This document shows, in pieces, positions 59,240 to 64,000 of a DNA stretch of 64,000 nt. This DNA is from Felis catus. Taxonomy: Eukaryota. The stretch spans positions 21,578,001 to 21,642,000 of the forward strand of contig NC_058368.1 in NCBI RefSeq assembly GCF_018350175.1. Direction: 5' to 3'. Under the pieces are notes generated by a model that did no database searches, was not told the DNA's origin, and saw only the letters and a program-made list of their open reading frames with translations. Positions within the stretch are counted from its first letter, which is position 1; each line of letters opens with the position of its first letter. The position numbers were made by a program, and so were the translations under genes.

Positions 59240-62200
59240 ATTTTTTTTCCAATGTTTAAAATTGTGGTAAAATTACAAATAGCATAAAATTTACCATCTT
59301 ACCAATTTTTAGGTGTACCGTTCAGTGGTGTTAATTAAGTACATTCACAGTGTTGCTCAAGCGTCACCACCATTCATCTCCAGGACCATTTACATCTTGT
59401 AAACTCTGTACCCATTAAACAATAGCTACCAATTTCCCTACTTCCCCAGCCCCCGGCAACCACCATGCTACTTTCCGTCTTTATGGTTCTGATGACTCTA
59501 AATAGCTCATATAAGCGGAATCATACTGTATTTATCTTTTTCCTTTTTTTTAAATGTTTCTTTATTTTTGAGAGAGAAAGTGTGCATGGGCGTAGGAGCC
59601 GGGAACGGGCAGAGAAAGAGGGAGACAGAGGATCTGAAGCAGGCTCTATGCTCTCCGTGCAGAGCCTGACCTGGCTTGAACCCACAAACCGTGAGATCGT
59701 AACCTGAGCAGAAATCAAGAGTCTGATGCTCAACAGACTGAGCCACCCAGGCACTCCTGTATTTGTCTTTTTCTGTTCATTTCCCCTAGCATAATGTCCT
59801 CAGGGTTCATCCATGTTGTACCGTATTGCAGAATTTCTTTCCTTTTTAAGGCTGAATAATCTTCCATTCGTTGTATGTCTATCCCACATTTTGTTTATCC
59901 ATTCATTCATCGATGACACTTGGGTTGCTTCCATGTTTCAGCTATTGTGAATAACACTGCTATGAACATGGGTGTACAAAGACCCTGTTTTAAGTGCTGT
60001 TGGATGTATACCCAGAAGTGGAATTGCTGGATCATAGGTAATTCTACTTTTTAATGTTTTGAGGAACCTCCCACTATTTTCCACAGTGGCTGTGCCATTT
60101 TACGTTCTTACCAACGGTGAACAGCGTTCCACATCCTCACCAATACTTATTTTAATGTTTTTCTAGTTTATAGCCAACCTAGGGGGTATGAGGGGTAATA
60201 TGGTAGTTTTGCTTTGTGTTTCCCTAATGATTAGGGATGTTGAACATCTTTTCATGTACTTCTAGGTCATTTGTATATCTTCTCTGGAGAAATATCTATT
60301 GATGTCTTTTGACCATATTTTGATCAGATTTTTTTGTTGTTGTTGAGTTTTAGGAGTTTTCTATATTGTATATCAATCCCTTATCAGATATATGATTGGC
60401 AAATATTTTCTACTATTTTGCGAGGTTTTTTTTTTTTTTTTTTTTTTACTCTTTTTACTCTGTTGGTATTATCTTTTGATGCATGACATTCAAAATTTTT
60501 CATGAAATCAGAGCACCTGGGTGGCTGAGTCAGTTAAGTGTCCAACTCTTGATTTTGGCTCTGGTCATGATCTCACGGTTCATGGGATTGAGCCCCACGT
60601 TGGGCCTGTCAGCACAGAGCCTACTAGGGATTCTCTCTCCCTCTCTCTCTGTCCCTCCCCCTGCCTCTCAGAATAAATAAATAAACTTAAAATTTTTTTC
60701 ATGAAATCCCATTTGTCTCTTTTGCTTGTGTTGCCCTGTGCCTTTGGTGTCATATCCAAGAAATTATCCCCAAATCCTATCATGAAGCTTTTGCCCTATG
60801 TTTTCTCCTAAAAGTTTTACAGTTTGAAGTCTTACACTTAGGTCTTTAACCCACTTTGAGTTATGTTTGTATGTGGTGTTAGGTAAGGGACCAATTTTAT
60901 TTTGTGCATGTGGATATCCAGTTTTCCCAGCACTGTTTGTTGAAGACTGCCCTTTCCCTGTTGAATGCTCTTGCACCCTTGTCAAAAATAATTTTATTAT
61001 ATATGGGAGGGTTTCTTTCTGGGCTATCTCTTCCATTCCATTTGGTCTATATATCTGTCTTCATGCCAGTACCACATTGTTTTCAAAGCTTTGTGGCAAG
61101 CTTTGAAATCAGGAAGTGTGAGGCACCCAAATTTGTTCTTTTTCATGGTTGTTTTGGCCGTTCAGGCAGGGGCCCAAGATTTCATATGAACTTTAGGGCG
61201 GGTGTTTCTATATCTGCAAAAAAGCATCGTTGAAATTTTGATAGGGAGTGCATTGAATCTGTAGATCATTTTGGGTAGTGTGACATCCTAACCATATTAA
61301 GTCTTCCAGTCTATGAACATGGGATCTATCTCCATTATTCATGTCTTCTTTCACTTCTTTTGGCAATGTTTTGTAGTTCTTACTGTACAAGTCTTTCACC
61401 TTCTTGGTTTGTTCCTAAGCCTTTTGTTCTTTGTGATGCCTTGTAAATCAAATTTTTTTCTTACTTTCAATTTGATATTGTTCATTGTTAGTGTATAGAA
61501 ATGCAACTTTCTGCAAATACAAATGATTTTTTTCATGTTGAGTTTGCATCCTGCTACTTTTCTGAATTCATTTATTAGTTCTAAAGCTTTTTGGTGAAGT
61601 CTTTAGGGTTTTCTACATATAAGATCATATAATCTGTGAACAGAGATAATTTTATGTCTTCCCTTCCAGCTTAGAAGTTTTTCTTCCCTAATTGCTCTGG
61701 CTAGAACTTTCAGTACTTTAATTGAATAGAGGTTGTGAAAGCAGGCATCCTTGCCTTCTTCCCGATCTTAGAGGAAAAACTTTCAGTCTTTCACCATTGT
61801 GTATGTTTTCTGTGGAGTTTTCATGTATGGATTTTATTATGTTGAGATAATTCCTGGGTTTTGGAGTATTTATTATGTTGAAATAATTCCTAGTTTTGTC
61901 ATGAAAGGTTGTTGAATTTTGTCAAATGCTTCTTCTTCATCATTGGAGATAATCATGTGGGTTTCCTGCCCTTAATTCTTTTTTTTTTAATTTTTTTAAA
62001 TGCTTATTTATTTTTGAGAGAGACAAAGACAGAACATGAATGGGAAAGGGGCAGAGAGAGAGGGAGACACAGAATCTGAAGCAGGCTCCAGGCTCTGAGC
62101 TGTCAGCACAGAGCCTGACATGGGGCTCGAACTCACTAACCGTGAGATCATGACCTGAGCCAAAGTTGGATGCTTAACTGACTGAGCCATCCAGGCGCCC

Positions 62201-63320
62201 CCCACCCCCGAATTCTTTTAATGTGGTATATTATGTTGGCCAATTTTTTTATGTTGAACCATCCTTGCATTCTAGGAATAAATCCCACTCTGGCCATGAA
62301 TAAGCTGCTGAACTTGGTTTGCAAATATTTTGTTGAGGATTTTTGCATCAATATTCATAAGGGATATTAGTCTGTAGTTTCTTTCTTGTTGTGTCTTTGT
62401 CTGACTTTAGTATCAGGGTAAGGCTGGCTTCAGAGAATGAGCTAGGAAGTGTTCCTTCCCTCCTTTCAATTTTTTGGAAAAGTTTGAGAAGGATTGAGTT
62501 AGTTTTTCTTTAAATGTTTGGTAAAATTCATCAGCGAAGCCATCAAGCCCCGGGCTTTCTTTATCAGATTTTTTTCATTACTGATTTAATCTTCTTACCA
62601 TTTAGAGGTCTATTCAGATTTTCTCTTTCTTCATGATTTAGCCTTAGTAGGTTTTGTTTTCCTAAGAAGTTATCCATCTTATCTAAGTTATCCAATTTGT
62701 TGGTGTACAATTATTCATAGTATTCTCTTATAACCCTTTTTATTTCTGTAGAATGATTAATAATGTTCCCACTTTCATTTCTGATTTTGGTAATTCAAGT
62801 CTTTTTTTATTCGCCCACTTAGCTAAAGGTGTATCAACTTTGTTGATCTTTGCAAAGAACCAACTTTTGGTTTAATTGATTTTCTTTTTTCTATTTCATT
62901 TATCTCTGCTCTGGTCTTTATTATCTCTCCCTTTCTGCTGGTTTTGGGTTTAGTCTGTTGCTTTTCTATTTCCTTAAGTTGTAAATTAGGTTGTTGATTT
63001 AGATCCTTCTTGTTTCCTAAGTAAGCATTTATAGCTATAAATTTCCCTCTTATCACGGCTTTCATTGTATGCCATACATTTTGGCATGTTGTGTTTTAGT
63101 TTTCATCCATTTCTAAGTATTTCCTGATTCTTCTTGTGCTCTCTTCTTTGATTTATTGGTCATTTAAAAATGTGTTGTTTAATTTCTGTAAATTTGTGAA
63201 TTTTCCAATTTTCCTTCTGCTGTTGACTTCTAACTTCATCCCATTGTAGTCAGAGGAGATACTTTGTATGATATCTATTTTTTACAATCTATTGAGACTT
63301 AATGTGTGGCCTAAAATATG
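59240..63320 (-). mobile_element. ~4-kb old LINE-1 (L1MA/MB) with three inserted Can-SINEs (~59540-59757 -, ~60510-60690 +, ~61980-62202 -)
   Basis: ORF2 remnants [60 protein letters not shown]1 3' UTR at 59240-59950. Confidence 0.92.
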
Positions 63321-63595
63321 GCATGGCTATGGGGACCTATTGAGCTATTCAGACATGTGTGAAAACCTGGAAGTCCTCGTGAGTTGCTTATGTTTGGGCA
63401 GCCTTTAAAGAATTGGGACAACTGGACAATTCTAAGGTCCATTCTCCCAAGCAAATCAAAATTCCCCAGTGCCCAGAGCAGCAGCTGGCTTAATAGTACA
63501 GCCTTGGATTCGTTCTCCTTCCTTCTTGCCTTTACCCAGACACTAGTCCCATTCCTTGGGGTAATTTCCTAAATAAATACCAATAAGTTCTGTTT

Positions 63596-63827
63596 CTTTT
63601 TTTTTTTTTATGTTTATTTATTTTTGAGAGAGAGAGAGACACACACAGAGAGAAAGAGGGCATGAGGCAGGAGGGGCAGAGAGAGAGGGAGACACAGCAT
63701 CTGAAGCAGGCTCCAGGTTCTATGTTGTCAGCACAGAGCCTGATGCAGGGCTGGAACTCACAAACCATTAAGATCATGACCTGAGCTGAAGTCTGATGCT
63801 TAACCGACTGAGCCACCCAGGTGCCCT
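63596..63827 (-). mobile_element. Can-SINE
   Basis: TSD TAAGTTCTGTTTC. Confidence 0.92.
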
Positions 63828-63876
63828 CAGTAAGTTCTGTTTCAAAGTCCAACCAGGGAAGCAGAAAGTACTGAGT

Positions 63877-64000
63877 ATTTTATTTTATTTTATTTTATTT
63901 TACTTTATTTTATTAAAAACAATGTTTTAAACTTTATTTATTTTTGAGAAAGAGACAGAATGCAAGAAGGGAGGAACAGAGAGAGAGGGAGACACAGAAT
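63877..64000 (-). mobile_element. Can-SINE, cut by the window end, with (TTTTA)n tail
   Basis: TTTATTTATTTTTGAGA...GAGAGAGGGAGACACAGAAT. Confidence 0.88.

Noticed and set aside
13500..64000. A second protein-coding gene (KPNA3 is the recalled downstream neighbour in human)
   Set aside because: No exons with recognisable translation or promoter-sized CpG island were found; the neighbour probably lies outside the window, though small exons could be missed by eye

Overview
Mammalian genomic DNA, almost certainly from a cat or other felid: it is dense in tRNA-derived Can-SINEs, including the young felid SINEC_Fc type, plus a felid/carnivore L1 3' end. The only protein-coding gene I can support is the 3' half of SPRYD7 on the + strand (exons 3-5 at 1019-1185, 8179-8281 and 12515-12612, followed by the 3' UTR). 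The remaining ~50 kb is intergenic and consists mostly of SINE, L1, L2, MIR, ERV-L/MaLR and DNA-transposon fossils. Nearly all ORFs in the supplied track are repeat artefacts or repeat-derived fragments. Most notable: (1) a highly decayed Penelope-like retroelement (RT, thumb and GIY-YIG remnants in colinear order) at ~41150-42520, a class rare in mammals; (2) a palindromic 30-bp minisatellite that grew inside an MLT1 LTR; (3) a tailless U2 snRNA retrocopy with a target-site duplication in SPRYD7 intron 3; (4) an orphan CpG-rich element with a consensus CTCF site that converges on a second CTCF motif 10.5 kb away; (5) two ERV-L fragments with pol/dUTPase remnants. Repeat family names come from recalled consensus sequences, and repeat boundaries are approximate.
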